Shown here in pieces: positions 52,090-63,084 of a DNA stretch of 64,000 bases. A program made the translations under genes and the position numbers. This DNA comes from Methanothermococcus sp. Ax23. Lineage in GTDB: Archaea > AGJL01 > Methanococci > Methanococcales > Methanococcaceae. The stretch covers positions 800,001 to 864,000 of the forward strand of contig NZ_CP157522.1 of assembly GCF_049075655.1 (NCBI RefSeq), given 5' to 3'. Numbering within the stretch: the stretch's first letter is position 1; each line of letters starts with the position of its first letter. The notes beneath the pieces were generated by a model, which was not told the DNA's origin, searched no databases, and saw nothing but the letters and a program-made list of their open reading frames with translations.

Positions 52090-53649
52090 ATGATATTAGG
52101 AATCCACGACGGACATAATGCAAGTGCCTGTTTGATAGATGGTAATAGCATAAAATATGCCATAAGCGAAGAAAGATTTACAAGAAAGAAAAATCAAAGA
52201 GGATTTCCAAACTATTCTGTAAATTATATTTTAAATGAGATAAATGATACAATAGACTTAATAACCGTAGGAGGCATGTTTAGAAAAGGAAATAGATTAA
52301 AAGCATTAAAAAGTTTTCAAAAAGAAATAAATGTTCCTATGGTTTATTTTAACCATCACCTATGCCATGCTTCATTATATAAATTATCGGATTTCAAGGA
52401 GTGTTTGGTAATTACAATAGATGGTGGGGGCGATTCCCTTTCTTCAACAGTATCAATAGGAAATAAAAAAGGTTTGGAAGTTATTGCTCAAAGTGATTTA
52501 ATAGATTCTGTTGGTGATTTCTATGCATCTATTACGGAGGTTTTAGGATTCAAACCTATGGAAGATGAAGGAAAAGTAATGAGTTTGTCCAGTTATGACT
52601 GTGCAGATGAATCCCATATCGATTTAAAAGTTATTGATTATGATAGTAAAAGGAAATCCTTTGAGAATTATCTTGGTGTTGTTGGGTATGAAGCTACAAA
52701 GGCATTAAAAAGGATTTTTGATTTAAAAGATAAAAATATAGACTTTAAAAACAAAGTGTTAATTTCAAAATATGCTCAAAGAACTCTTGAAGATGTTGTT
52801 TTAAAAATGATAAAAGATTTTTCAGAAGAAACTGGTATAAATGATATAGTTTTTAGTGGTGGAGTAGCACAGAATGTGCGATTAAATAAAAAAATAGCGG
52901 AAAATTATAATTTATATGTTCCACCATTTATGGGGGATGAAGGGCTTTCTGTTGGTTCTGCATTGCTTTTTAATGATAAAAAGAACAAAAAAACCAAAAA
53001 TAAAGATATAACCTTAAAAGATACATATTTAGGATATGAAATTAAAAATGAGAATGTAGAGCTCCTACTCAATAGCAACGATAATATTTGCAAAAATTAT
53101 AAAATTACATATTTGGAAGAGGATGAGCTCCCTGAAATTATTGGAAATTTAGTAGTAAATAGTAAAATTGTCTGCATTTGTAGAGATAAAATGGAATTTG
53201 GACCTAGGGCATTGGGAAATAGAAGTATAATATCACTACCTAAACGGGAAAATGCAAAAAAGATTAATAGAATGTTAAAACGGGATGAATTTATGCCTTT
53301 TGCACCGACAATGCTTTATGAGCATATTGATGATTATTTAATTAATCCCATATACAGCCCGTTTATGACTATGCTGTTTGATGTGAAATCTGAAAATAAG
53401 GATAAAATAGATGGTGTTGTTCATGTGGATAATACTACCCGAGCTCAGACATTAAAGAGAGAATTTAATAAAACCTATTACGATATAATAAATTATGTTT
53501 ATGAAAATATGGATATTCCCGCAGTTTTAAATACAAGTTTCAATTTACACGGCGAGCCAATTGTTTGCAATGAACAGGATGCTTTAAAATCCTTTAAGTC
53601 GGTTGGTGATGCCTTATTATTGGGAAATTGGTTAATTGAGAAGATTTAA
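52090..53649 (+). CDS. Carbamoyltransferase, NodU/CmcH family
   Basis: GIHDGHNAS, EERFTR, HHLCHA, EGKVM, EFGPRALGNRS, LNTSFNLHGEP. Confidence 0.9.
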   Translation: MILGIHDGHNASACLIDGNSIKYAISEERFTRKKNQRGFPNYSVNYILNEINDTIDLITVGGMFRKGNRLKALKSFQKEINVPMVYFNHHLCHASLYKLSDFKECLVITIDGGGDSLSSTVSIGNKKGLEVIAQSDLIDSVGDFYASITEVLGFKPMEDEGKVMSLSSYDCADESHIDLKVIDYDSKRKSFENYLGVVGYEATKALKRIFDLKDKNIDFKNKVLISKYAQRTLEDVVLKMIKDFSEETGINDIVFSGGVAQNVRLNKKIAENYNLYVPPFMGDEGLSVGSALLFNDKKNKKTKNKDITLKDTYLGYEIKNENVELLLNSNDNICKNYKITYLEEDELPEIIGNLVVNSKIVCICRDKMEFGPRALGNRSIISLPKRENAKKINRMLKRDEFMPFAPTMLYEHIDDYLINPIYSPFMTMLFDVKSENKDKIDGVVHVDNTTRAQTLKREFNKTYYDIINYVYENMDIPAVLNTSFNLHGEPIVCNEQDALKSFKSVGDALLLGNWLIEKI

Positions 53650-55443
53650 TTATTTTCTGCTCAATCTTCTTCTAAGTGCGATATAGAGATTACCTAATAA
53701 AATTAAAGATATTACTCTTATAAGCGGTTCCCAGTTTTTCATAAAGTGCTTATAATTATCAGTTCCTTCTATCATTGCATCATCAATTTTTAATTGAAAA
53801 AATGCTGTAATTGTATCCCTTATCAGCAATGGATATTTGGTATATAAATAATAACCATAATAAATTATCAATGCTGACCAAAATATTACTGGAACATATA
53901 ATAATATAAAGTTTTTAATTTTACTATTCATGTTTAATTTAATTTTTTTATCCTTAACTATTTGATTTATGAGCCAATTTGAAAATAAAATTATGAAAGG
54001 TAGGAAAAACAAAAAACATTCATATTTATGACTAAAATGATAATTGTATGTTAATGCACCTAACGGAAGTAAAACAATGGCTAAACAGATACATAAAACT
54101 GATATTTCCACCGATTCCCCGCAATTTGATACTAAATTATAAAACCATATGGCTAATTTTTCAAAATTGTTTTTTGAATATTTCTTTTTAAACTCCATTT
54201 CCATTTTATAAAGATTTGATGCTTCTTCATAGGTCATGTTGTCTTCAACAGATATTCTTAAATTTCTATATTCTGCAAGGACTGAATTATAATTTATGTC
54301 CTCAATAAGTTCATTGAAATAGAAATAACCCCTATTTTTTAATATGTGATAATATGTTTTATTCTCATTTTCCGTTTTTTCATTATCCTTGCTTTCATCT
54401 GGTTTATTTTTATTATCCCTACTTTCTTTTAGTTTATTTTCAAAAAGCATATGGCTCAATATTTTTTCTTTTTTAATGTCGCATAATAACATTATTTCCC
54501 TAACATCCGTCATTAAAAAGGATGTTTTAGATAATTGAAAATTTTTTATTTTGGAATGTTTGTTTAAAAACTGAGCATTGTTAAATATCGCCAAACTATA
54601 TTCAATTGTATTTGATATTAATTTTGCCCGTAGTTTATCTTGCCTTTTTACATAATATCGATTATTATACCATTCATATTTTTTAAATCTAATCCGTCCT
54701 TTTCTAAACTCTGCCATGCCTTTAAATGTGCAATCTACAAAAGATAATATACCAAAATAAATGTCTCTAAAATATGCAACATCTTCAAAAGTCGATTTAT
54801 CAAATTCTAATTTACCACTTATTGTATTTTTAAAGTCCGCATCTTTTTCAAATATTGCGTGGTTAAACTCAGCATGTTTAAATATCGCACTACTAAAATC
54901 AGCTTTTCCTTTAAATATGGAATTCATAAAGTGAATCCTAAATCCAACCACTGAATTATTAAACTGAGCTTCTCCCTCGAATATTGAATATCTAAATTTG
55001 ACACTACCTTTATCCCCAAATTTAGAAAGCCAAAATACAGCATCTTTTTTAAAAATCGAGTAGTCAAAATTTGCACCCTTTTCAAATGTTGAATTTGTGA
55101 AAAAAGCATTTCCACCAAATATTGTGCGAATATTTGGTTCTTCAAAATTTGTTGAATAACACATTTTAAATTCGCCTTTAAATTTAACTTTAACCATATA
55201 TACATTTATATTAATTTTTATGATTATCTTATAGTCTTTCTTTTCAAGCGTAGCCCCTTTTAATTCTTCATCTTTAATATTTTTAATCCTTTCATAGATT
55301 TCCTTAATATCAATATTCCCCTCAACAACTGCATCATATATTTTAAATTCATCTCCGCTTTTTAAACATTCAATAAATTTTTCATAAAACTCTTCATCTT
55401 CTTCTTTTTTAGGATTATTGTATTTAATTATAGCTTTTCCCAT
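53650..55443 (-). CDS. Pentapeptide-repeat membrane protein
   Basis: Repeated A-x-F-x-x-S-x-F units, then GES and C-terminal TM helices. Confidence 0.78.
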   Translation of the reverse strand: MGKAIIKYNNPKKEEDEEFYEKFIECLKSGDEFKIYDAVVEGNIDIKEIYERIKNIKDEELKGATLEKKDYKIIIKININVYMVKVKFKGEFKMCYSTNFEEPNIRTIFGGNAFFTNSTFEKGANFDYSIFKKDAVFWLSKFGDKGSVKFRYSIFEGEAQFNNSVVGFRIHFMNSIFKGKADFSSAIFKHAEFNHAIFEKDADFKNTISGKLEFDKSTFEDVAYFRDIYFGILSFVDCTFKGMAEFRKGRIRFKKYEWYNNRYYVKRQDKLRAKLISNTIEYSLAIFNNAQFLNKHSKIKNFQLSKTSFLMTDVREIMLLCDIKKEKILSHMLFENKLKESRDNKNKPDESKDNEKTENENKTYYHILKNRGYFYFNELIEDINYNSVLAEYRNLRISVEDNMTYEEASNLYKMEMEFKKKYSKNNFEKLAIWFYNLVSNCGESVEISVLCICLAIVLLPLGALTYNYHFSHKYECFLFFLPFIILFSNWLINQIVKDKKIKLNMNSKIKNFILLYVPVIFWSALIIYYGYYLYTKYPLLIRDTITAFFQLKIDDAMIEGTDNYKHFMKNWEPLIRVISLILLGNLYIALRRRLSRK

Positions 55444-55474
55444 AATCTCCCCTAAAATTATAAAAAAATAAAAA

Positions 55475-56140
55475 TTATAAATATTTCAAATAATCATTAA
55501 AATATTTCTTTATATAATCCCTATCCCTATCCACATAAATATGCATACTTACCGCATGATGAACATAACCGCCATAATCAACGCCGACTTTTTCCGCTAC
55601 CATTTCCCCCAAAGCTATTAAACCGATGGCATTTGCGTGATAAGCAACCATTAAATCGTTGCTTCTGAATAAAACGGTCTGATACAGTTTATTATCTCTT
55701 ATAAGAAACTGCACAAATTGAAGACATGGAACGCTCCCCCTATCCTTTTTACTCACTTCAATATCTATATTTGGTTGCCATGTGATAGCCACACAACGCC
55801 TTGAATTTCGCTGTTCTTTTAATTTCTCAATAATAAAATCTATCTGGTTTATTTTGTCATCATTTAGGGGATATTCAAATAATCTACCGTGATAATCGTA
55901 GGAAAACACATTTTCAGAGCCATATAGCAAGTTATTAGTATATTGCTCAACTGCCTTTTTTCCAAGGGGATATTTAGGACTTATACTTTTCAATTTTGGA
56001 TTTGTAATTTCTATTACTGTGTCTCGGAGCTCCCTACATTTTTGCCCATCTTCAGTGGTCATGTCTTCTCCGTCTTTTAATATCTTCTCAACTAAATACT
56101 CATAACTCGCCCTTACTGATGGTTTTTTAATACAAAGCAT
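55475..56140 (-). CDS. thyA: Archaeal thymidylate synthase
   Basis: SRR, VPCLQFVQF, FRSND, SMHIY. Confidence 0.85.
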   Translation of the reverse strand: MLCIKKPSVRASYEYLVEKILKDGEDMTTEDGQKCRELRDTVIEITNPKLKSISPKYPLGKKAVEQYTNNLLYGSENVFSYDYHGRLFEYPLNDDKINQIDFIIEKLKEQRNSRRCVAITWQPNIDIEVSKKDRGSVPCLQFVQFLIRDNKLYQTVLFRSNDLMVAYHANAIGLIALGEMVAEKVGVDYGGYVHHAVSMHIYVDRDRDYIKKYFNDYLKYL

Positions 56141-56246
56141 TTTATCACTATGGTTATTTTTTATATTTTTAATAACATTGGGTATTAATGTAATATATAG
56201 ATTGTTTTATATAGATTGTTTTTAGTTTAGATTTTCGGGTGAGCTC

Positions 56247-57431
56247 ATGAACACAATATATATAAAATCAAATTTTTTATATGGGAGTGAATTTGAATAT
56301 AAAAAAGGTATTTTAGTAATCGAAGATGGGATAATAAAAGGATTCACAAAGGAAGATGTTAAAAACTATATAAAATACGATGGGATAATAATACCGCCCC
56401 TTATAAATGCTCACACCCATATCGGGGATAATATCATAAAAGACATGGGAATAAACAAAACTCTTGACGAGCTCGTGAAACCACCAAATGGATTGAAACA
56501 TAAATTTTTAAATACCTGTGATGATAAAGATTTAATACATGGGATGTTGGATGGATTGCATGAGCTCCGTAATAATGGAATAAAATATTTCTGTGATTTC
56601 AGGGAAAACGGATTAAGGGGCATAAATCTTTTTAAAGAATCTTATGAATTGTTTAAAAAATCATTTGAACCCAATGAACCTAATAATCTTAACAATGATA
56701 GTATTGACCCAATAAAACCCATAATATTGGGAAGACCCACAAAATCCAACAATGAAGAATTAAAAAAGGAAATAATAAATATTTTAAAAAATTCCGATGG
56801 AATAGGATTGAGCGGATGTAATGAATATACTGACAAGGATTTAAAATTTATTAGAAGTCAGGATTATAAGATTTTTTCAATACATGCAAATGAGCATAAA
56901 GGTTCCGTTGATTACTCAAAGAAAACCTATGGAAAAACCGAAATAGAAAGGATAATTGATTTAAAGCTCAATCCAAACTTTATAATACATGCAACCCATG
57001 CAACATCTCATGAAGCGGAGCTCCTATATGAATACAGCATACCTGTTGTAGTCTGTCCAAGGGCAAACGCATCATTTAATGTGGGATTACCCGATATAAC
57101 TAAACTTTTAAAAAATAATGTGCTTGTTGGGCTTGGAACAGACAATTTCATGGCGAACTCCCCATCTTTGTTTAAGGAAATGGATTTTATCTATAAATTA
57201 TACCACATCGACCCAAAAGAGATATTGAAGTTTGCCACAATAAACAATGGTAAAATTTTGGGGCTCAAAGATGTTGGATTGATTGATGAAGGCTATAAAG
57301 CCACATTTACATTTATTAAAAAATCACCTTCAATAAAATACTCCAAGAATATCGTAGCATCAATTATAACACGATGTGAAAAAGGAGATATTGATACCAA
57401 TTTCAGTGAAAAATTGCTAAAACTCATATAA
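56247..57431 (+). CDS. Amidohydrolase-family protein
   Basis: NAHTHIGD, IHANE, CPRAN, GLGTDN. Confidence 0.88.
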   Translation: MNTIYIKSNFLYGSEFEYKKGILVIEDGIIKGFTKEDVKNYIKYDGIIIPPLINAHTHIGDNIIKDMGINKTLDELVKPPNGLKHKFLNTCDDKDLIHGMLDGLHELRNNGIKYFCDFRENGLRGINLFKESYELFKKSFEPNEPNNLNNDSIDPIKPIILGRPTKSNNEELKKEIINILKNSDGIGLSGCNEYTDKDLKFIRSQDYKIFSIHANEHKGSVDYSKKTYGKTEIERIIDLKLNPNFIIHATHATSHEAELLYEYSIPVVVCPRANASFNVGLPDITKLLKNNVLVGLGTDNFMANSPSLFKEMDFIYKLYHIDPKEILKFATINNGKILGLKDVGLIDEGYKATFTFIKKSPSIKYSKNIVASIITRCEKGDIDTNFSEKLLKLI

Positions 57432-57516
57432 TATAGGTATTTCGATATTAATGTTCTAAATTAACAGTTTTAATTATATTAAAATATTAAAAAATTAAAA
57501 TATATAAGATGATAAT

Positions 57517-58785
57517 ATGCCAATAATTAGATTTCACGGAGGATGTCATCAAATAGGAATGTCCTGTGTAGAGATAGATACGAAAAAATCAAAAATATTG
57601 CTGGACTGTGGAATGAATCCATCAGATAACAGCCTGCCAAATATAAATCCAACCGATATAGATGCAGTAGTGCTATCACACGCTCATTTGGACCATTGTG
57701 GTGCAGTTCCTTATTTTAATTTTAAAAAGATATACTGCACTGCACCAAGCATCGATTTGATGTATATCATCTGGAAGGATATAGCAAAACTTTCAAAGAC
57801 CTATGGTGAAGAAGATATAAAACGAGCCATGGACGCCATTGAGACATTAAACTACCGAGAGGAGAAAAAAATAACAAGCGATATTTCTATAAAATTGCAT
57901 GATGCTGGGCATATCCTTGGGAGCTCTTCAATATATTTAGATGTAGATGGAAAAAAAGTGTTATATACGGGAGATATTAACGAAATAGAAACTAAAACAC
58001 TGCGTCCTGCGGATACTGATATTGATGAAATAGATACATTAATTATAGAATCAACCTATGGTTCTCCAATGGATGTAAAGCCAGCAAGAAAGGTTTTGGA
58101 AAAACAGCTTGTAGAGGAGATTTCAAAAACTATCGAAAAAGGGGGAAAGGTAATTATCCCCGTGTTTGCAGTGGGAAGAGCTCAGGAGATTATGGCCATA
58201 ATAAGCAATTACATGAGAAGTGGATTATTGGAAACCGTCCCTGTTTATGTGGATGGTTCATTGATTCACGCCACTGGCGTATATTTGAGTTATTCAAAAT
58301 GGTTAAATCCAAAGATAAGAAATGGTCTTGAAAACAGGATAAATCCATTTGGTGATGTGAAGAAAGCAAATAAGCAGGTATTTAATAAAAATGATTCCTG
58401 TATTATAATATCCACATCAGGAATGGTTCAAGGAGGTCCTGTTTTGCAATATTTAAAACTTTTAAAGGACCCAAGGAATAAGATTATATTAACAGGATAT
58501 CAGGCAGAAGGCACATTGGGACGGCAACTTGAAGATGGAGCAAGGGAAATAAGTCCATTTAAAAACAAACTACCTATAAATGGAGAAGTTGTTAAAATAG
58601 AATTTTCCGCCCATGGAGATTATAATTCTTTGATAAGATATTTAAAAAAGATACCAAAACCAAAAAAAGTCTTTGTAATGCATGGAGAGAGGTATCAGGC
58701 ACTATCCCTTGCTATGAATATATGGAAGAATTTCAAAATTCCCGCAATGGCACCAACAGTAGGAAGTGTATTGCCGTTGTTTTAA
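57517..58785 (+). CDS. MBL-fold beta-CASP ribonuclease
   Basis: LLDCG, SHAHLDHCG, AGHILGS, YTGD, ESTYG, FSAHGD, MHGE. Confidence 0.92.
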   Translation: MPIIRFHGGCHQIGMSCVEIDTKKSKILLDCGMNPSDNSLPNINPTDIDAVVLSHAHLDHCGAVPYFNFKKIYCTAPSIDLMYIIWKDIAKLSKTYGEEDIKRAMDAIETLNYREEKKITSDISIKLHDAGHILGSSSIYLDVDGKKVLYTGDINEIETKTLRPADTDIDEIDTLIIESTYGSPMDVKPARKVLEKQLVEEISKTIEKGGKVIIPVFAVGRAQEIMAIISNYMRSGLLETVPVYVDGSLIHATGVYLSYSKWLNPKIRNGLENRINPFGDVKKANKQVFNKNDSCIIISTSGMVQGGPVLQYLKLLKDPRNKIILTGYQAEGTLGRQLEDGAREISPFKNKLPINGEVVKIEFSAHGDYNSLIRYLKKIPKPKKVFVMHGERYQALSLAMNIWKNFKIPAMAPTVGSVLPLF

Positions 58786-58981
58786 GCATTGCATTATATT
58801 TAATTTTCTTTTTTTTGGTTATCACTATTTTAATTATTTTTATTAATTAAATAATAATTGACTAACTTTTTTTAGGATTTAAAAAACTAAACACCCTTAT
58901 TTGAATATTTAAAAAGATATTCCTTTATATAATGCCACTAAAAAAATATATTATAACTATTCCATTTTGGAGGTGACTCAT

Positions 58982-60211
58982 GTGGCAGAAACAATAAAAA
59001 TTACTCCAACCACAAGGCATGAAGGGCATGCTAAATTGATATTGGAAGTAGATGATGAAGGAATTGTAAGTAAAGCATATTATCCAAATACAACCCCAGT
59101 TAGGGGATTTGAAACAATGTTAAAAGGAAGACCTGCGAGTTTTGCACCTATTGCAGTTATGAGAATTTGCGGTATTTGTCAGGCAACACATGGTATAGCA
59201 TCCTGTGAGGCAATTGAAAATGCAATTGACTGTGAAATACCAAAAGATGGTATGTTATTAAGGGAGCTCGTAGGTTTGGGAAATAGGATGCACTCCCATC
59301 CACTGCACCACCTACTAACTGCTGACGACTTTATAAAGCCTGATGAAACTGATTTAAGAACTGAGGCTATAAAACTCATTCAGAGAATGAGAAAAGTTGG
59401 ACAATTAATAGTAGATGTTGTAGGGGGAGAGGGAATACATCCACCAAACATCGTAATAGGTGGTATGAGAACAAACATCTCTGAAAGGGCGAAATCAAAA
59501 TTATACTATGCATGCAGACAGTATGAAAAAGATGCTCAAACAATGTATGAAATCTACACAGGATTAATCGAAAGATACCTTGAAGAAATAGGAATACCTG
59601 ATTTAGGAGCTCATGAATTCCCATACATAGCATCCCACACAACCTATGGGGATAGGAATGCTATAAACTGGGATGATGTTGCAGAAGTTCCTGCTCAAAG
59701 ATATTATACAAACGCAGAAGTTGCTCAAACCACAACGGTGCAAATACCATTCTATGCAGGAGTTCCAGCAGAGGGGGGACCAAGAGCAAGAATGATTAAG
59801 TTTGGAAATTTCAGAGAAGGCGGAAGTGCCATGGATATAAACATTGCAAGAGCTCAGGAAAACTTAGGGGCAGTTTATAGGGCATTGGATATTCTTGATG
59901 AATTAAATATCAATGGAAAAACAAAGGTAACTCCTGAATACAAAGACGGCTCAGGAATTGGAGTTCATGAAGCACCAAGGGCAATGAACACACATTATGC
60001 AGAAGTCGGAAAAGACGGAAAGATTAAATCTTACAATATCATAGCAGCATCAACATGGAACTTCCCAATAGTTGAAAAGGCAATTGAGAAATACCCACAT
60101 CAATATGCGGAAGTCATAATGCGTGCCTATGATATATGAGCTTCATGTGCAACCCACGTCATCGTAAAAGATGACGAAACAAAAGAAGTAATTGAAGTAA
60201 GAAGAATTTAA
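58982..60211 (+). CDS. fruA: F420-reducing [NiFeSe] hydrogenase large subunit; Sec at TGA 60137-60139
   Basis: RICGIC N-terminal motif. Reading through TGA gives RAYDI-U-ASCATHVIVKDDETKEVIEVRRI* (UxxC). GTG 58982 after GGAGGTGA. Confidence 0.95.
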
Positions 60212-60223
60212 ATGGAATAAAGA

Positions 60224-60255
60224 CGCTCAAAGGGAACCCATTGGGACCTGAGAGC
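60224..60255 (+). promoter_or_regulatory. Archaeal SECIS element in the fruA 3' UTR
   Basis: gctc..agg GAA ccc att ggg A cct..gagc: GAA/A internal loop under a C-G stem, 12 nt after the true stop. Confidence 0.88.
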
Positions 60256-60316
60256 AACCACTCATTATGTTAAAATGTTGGAAATTATTTTCAACAGAAA
60301 ATTTGCGGTTGATTAT

Positions 60317-60874
60317 ATGGATTTAGAAATTGCCAAAAACATGGAAAATAGTGATGATACAATAGATACAATAGAATGTGATTTAACCTTATCTTACTTT
60401 AAGGAAATAATGGTTTTAGCCTGCGGAAATATTTTATTTGCAGATGATGGATTCAGCGTTCATGTTATTGAGAGGCTTCATGATATATTAACTGAGGAGG
60501 AAAAAGAACGAGTGTCTCTTATAGATGCTGGTGCAGGAGCTCCCCAGCAAGTTCTTTCATTGATGGATGAAACTTCAAAGACTAAAAAAATAATAGTAGT
60601 TGATATAATCGATTATGGTTTGAAGCCAGGGGAAATAAAAATACTTGAAAAGGAATATTTGCCAAATCCTGACCATACTAAATTGGATATTCACGACTGG
60701 CCACTTTCAAGAGCATTGAGGGAAGTGTGTGATAAATTTGATATTGAATTAAAAGTTGTAGGATGTCAGGCAAAATATGTTTCTGAACCTGAAGTGGTGC
60801 TTGAATTAAGCAAGGAAGTTGAGGAAGCAGTGGATAAGGCGGTGGAAATAATATTGAATGAGATAAGAAAGTAG
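60317..60874 (+). CDS. fruD: Hydrogenase maturation protease
   Basis: [22 protein letters not shown]; start uncertain (track start 60275). Confidence 0.88.
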   Translation: MDLEIAKNMENSDDTIDTIECDLTLSYFKEIMVLACGNILFADDGFSVHVIERLHDILTEEEKERVSLIDAGAGAPQQVLSLMDETSKTKKIIVVDIIDYGLKPGEIKILEKEYLPNPDHTKLDIHDWPLSRALREVCDKFDIELKVVGCQAKYVSEPEVVLELSKEVEEAVDKAVEIILNEIRK

Positions 60875-60916
60875 GTAATATGAATAATTTTTTTAAAAAA
60901 ATAAGGAGGAGAAATC

Positions 60917-61603
60917 ATGGTAACTGTGGCACATGTGCAACTAAGTAGTTGCTGTGGGTGCTTAGTTTCATTGGCAGACACCTACGAAAAGCTTTTAGAT
61001 GTTTTAGGTGCTATTGATTTAGTATATTGTCAGACCTTGGCTGATGCAAGGGAGATTCCTGAGGCAGATATTATTTTATTGGAAGGTTCCGTATGTTTAG
61101 ATGACCATCATGCAATGGAAATAGCTCAGGAAGTTAGACAAAAAGGAAAAATTTTGGTTGCATTGGGAGCATGTGCGGCAACAGGTGGAGTCACAAGGTT
61201 TTGTAGAGGGGGGCAAATGTCAAAACCTGTTCATGGTTCGTTCTCATCACTAACAGAAGTTGTTAAATGTGATTTGGCAATTCCTGGATGCCCACCATCA
61301 CCAGAATTGATAGTTAATGTAATTACAGCAGCATTAAATGGAGATATGGCTTATTTGGAACCATTTGCAGAATTTGCTCAGAACAACAAAGAAGCCTGTG
61401 GATGCGATGTAATTGTAAATGTGGTAAATAAATCCCTTTGCATGGGATGTGGCTCATGTGCTTCTGCATGTCCAACAAGGGCAATTGAGATGGTTGAAGG
61501 AAGACCAAATATATTGAATGAAGTATGTATAAAATGCGGTGCATGTTCATTCCAGTGCCCAAGAATTAGGCTTCCAGAACAGGTTAAGGAGTTAGAGGAA
61601 TAA
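60917..61603 (+). CDS. fruG: F420-reducing hydrogenase gamma subunit
   Basis: [22 protein letters not shown] and two ferredoxin motifs. Confidence 0.92.
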   Translation: MVTVAHVQLSSCCGCLVSLADTYEKLLDVLGAIDLVYCQTLADAREIPEADIILLEGSVCLDDHHAMEIAQEVRQKGKILVALGACAATGGVTRFCRGGQMSKPVHGSFSSLTEVVKCDLAIPGCPPSPELIVNVITAALNGDMAYLEPFAEFAQNNKEACGCDVIVNVVNKSLCMGCGSCASACPTRAIEMVEGRPNILNEVCIKCGACSFQCPRIRLPEQVKELEE

Positions 61604-61628
61604 ATAATAAAATCCTAGGGGTGATTAA

Positions 61629-62477
61629 ATGGATGCTTTTGGAAAATATAAAACAGTAATATCTGCAAGAGCAGCAGATAAAAAAATATTGAAAAAATCC
61701 CAAGATGGAGGGATTGTATCTGCTGCATTTATCTATGGATTGGAGAACAACCTTTTAGATGGTGTAATAGTAGCAGATAAAGAAGATGAGTTTAAGGCAG
61801 TTCCTAAGGTTGCCACAACACCAGAAGAGGTTTTAAACGCTGCAGGAACAAAATATACCGTATGTTCAAATCTAAGTGTTTTGAAAAATGCTATCAGAGA
61901 ATACGGCTGTGAAAAACTTGGAGTTGTAGGAACTCCTTGTCAGGTAATAGCTACAAGAAAAGCCATAAAATATCCAGTAGGATTTAGACACATGCCTGAT
62001 AAAATTGCATTGATTGTGGGAATCTTCTGTATGGAAAACTTCCCATACAATGGTATGAAAACCATAGTTGAAGAACACTGCGGTGTGAAAATAGAAGATG
62101 TTGCTAAATTGGACATTGGAAAAGGTAAATTCTGGGTATATACGAAATGGGGAGAAACAAAATCCATCAAGTTAAAAGAAACCCATCCTTATGAACAAAT
62201 AGCATGTCATGTATGCACCGACTATACAGCAGAATTGGCTGATATTTCAACAGGTTCAGTAGGTAGCCCTGATGGTTGGAGCTCTGTATTTGTAAGGACT
62301 GCAAAAGGAGAAGAATTTATTAACAAAATGATTGATGAAGGATATTTAGAAACCAAACCAATAGATGAAGGTAAATTTGGTTTAGGAATACTTGAAAAAC
62401 TTGCATTACTTAAAAAAGATAAAAACGCAAAAGAAATCGAGCATAGGAAGGAAATAGGATTACCTGTTCCTTATTAA
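61629..62477 (+). CDS. fruB: F420-reducing hydrogenase beta subunit
   Basis: [31 protein letters not shown]. Confidence 0.92.
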   Translation: MDAFGKYKTVISARAADKKILKKSQDGGIVSAAFIYGLENNLLDGVIVADKEDEFKAVPKVATTPEEVLNAAGTKYTVCSNLSVLKNAIREYGCEKLGVVGTPCQVIATRKAIKYPVGFRHMPDKIALIVGIFCMENFPYNGMKTIVEEHCGVKIEDVAKLDIGKGKFWVYTKWGETKSIKLKETHPYEQIACHVCTDYTAELADISTGSVGSPDGWSSVFVRTAKGEEFINKMIDEGYLETKPIDEGKFGLGILEKLALLKKDKNAKEIEHRKEIGLPVPY

Positions 62478-62539
62478 TTAATATGTTAGTTTCTATTTTT
62501 TAAAACTGCCCTAAAAAAATAAGAAAATAAGAAATGGTT

Positions 62540-62992
62540 TTATTCTTCTTTTTCTTTTTCCATCATTTTTACAAGGAGCACCGGACAGTGAGCTCCTTTG
62601 CTAACTTTTTCAGCAACACTACCCAATAATAATTTATCAAGACCAGTTTTTCCAGTAGTCCCCATCACTATTAAATCTACCTTTTTTCTTTCGGCATAAT
62701 CTACAATCTCTTTTGCAGGACTGCCTTCAAGAATTTCGGATTTTATATCAACCCCCATTTCTTTTGCTTTATCTTCTATTTTTTTAAGGGCTTCTTTACC
62801 TTCTTCCTCTAAAATCTCCTTCATACTTTCCCATAATCCTTCTGTTGGAAGTCCAATAAATGGAACAATATCCACAACATATACGGCATATACTCTGGAA
62901 TTCATAGCCTTTGCTATTTCAAGAGCATGCTTTGCAGCTTCCATTGATACTTCTGAACTATCCGTTGGTATTAAGATTTTTTTATATATCAT
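62540..62992 (-). CDS. Universal stress protein
   Basis: ILIPTDSS, DLIVMGTTG, LLGSVAEKV, CPVLLV. Confidence 0.92.
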   Translation of the reverse strand: MIYKKILIPTDSSEVSMEAAKHALEIAKAMNSRVYAVYVVDIVPFIGLPTEGLWESMKEILEEEGKEALKKIEDKAKEMGVDIKSEILEGSPAKEIVDYAERKKVDLIVMGTTGKTGLDKLLLGSVAEKVSKGAHCPVLLVKMMEKEKEE

Positions 62993-63084
62993 AATCACAC
63001 CCGTTATTTTTGATTAATATAAATATTATTTTGGATAATGAGGTATATATTATTTATTAATTTATTATTTATTAGTCTTTAATT

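Noticed and set aside
58967-60139. fruA as a truncated pseudogene
   Set aside because: The TGA is a Sec codon, supported by the completed motif and the SECIS.
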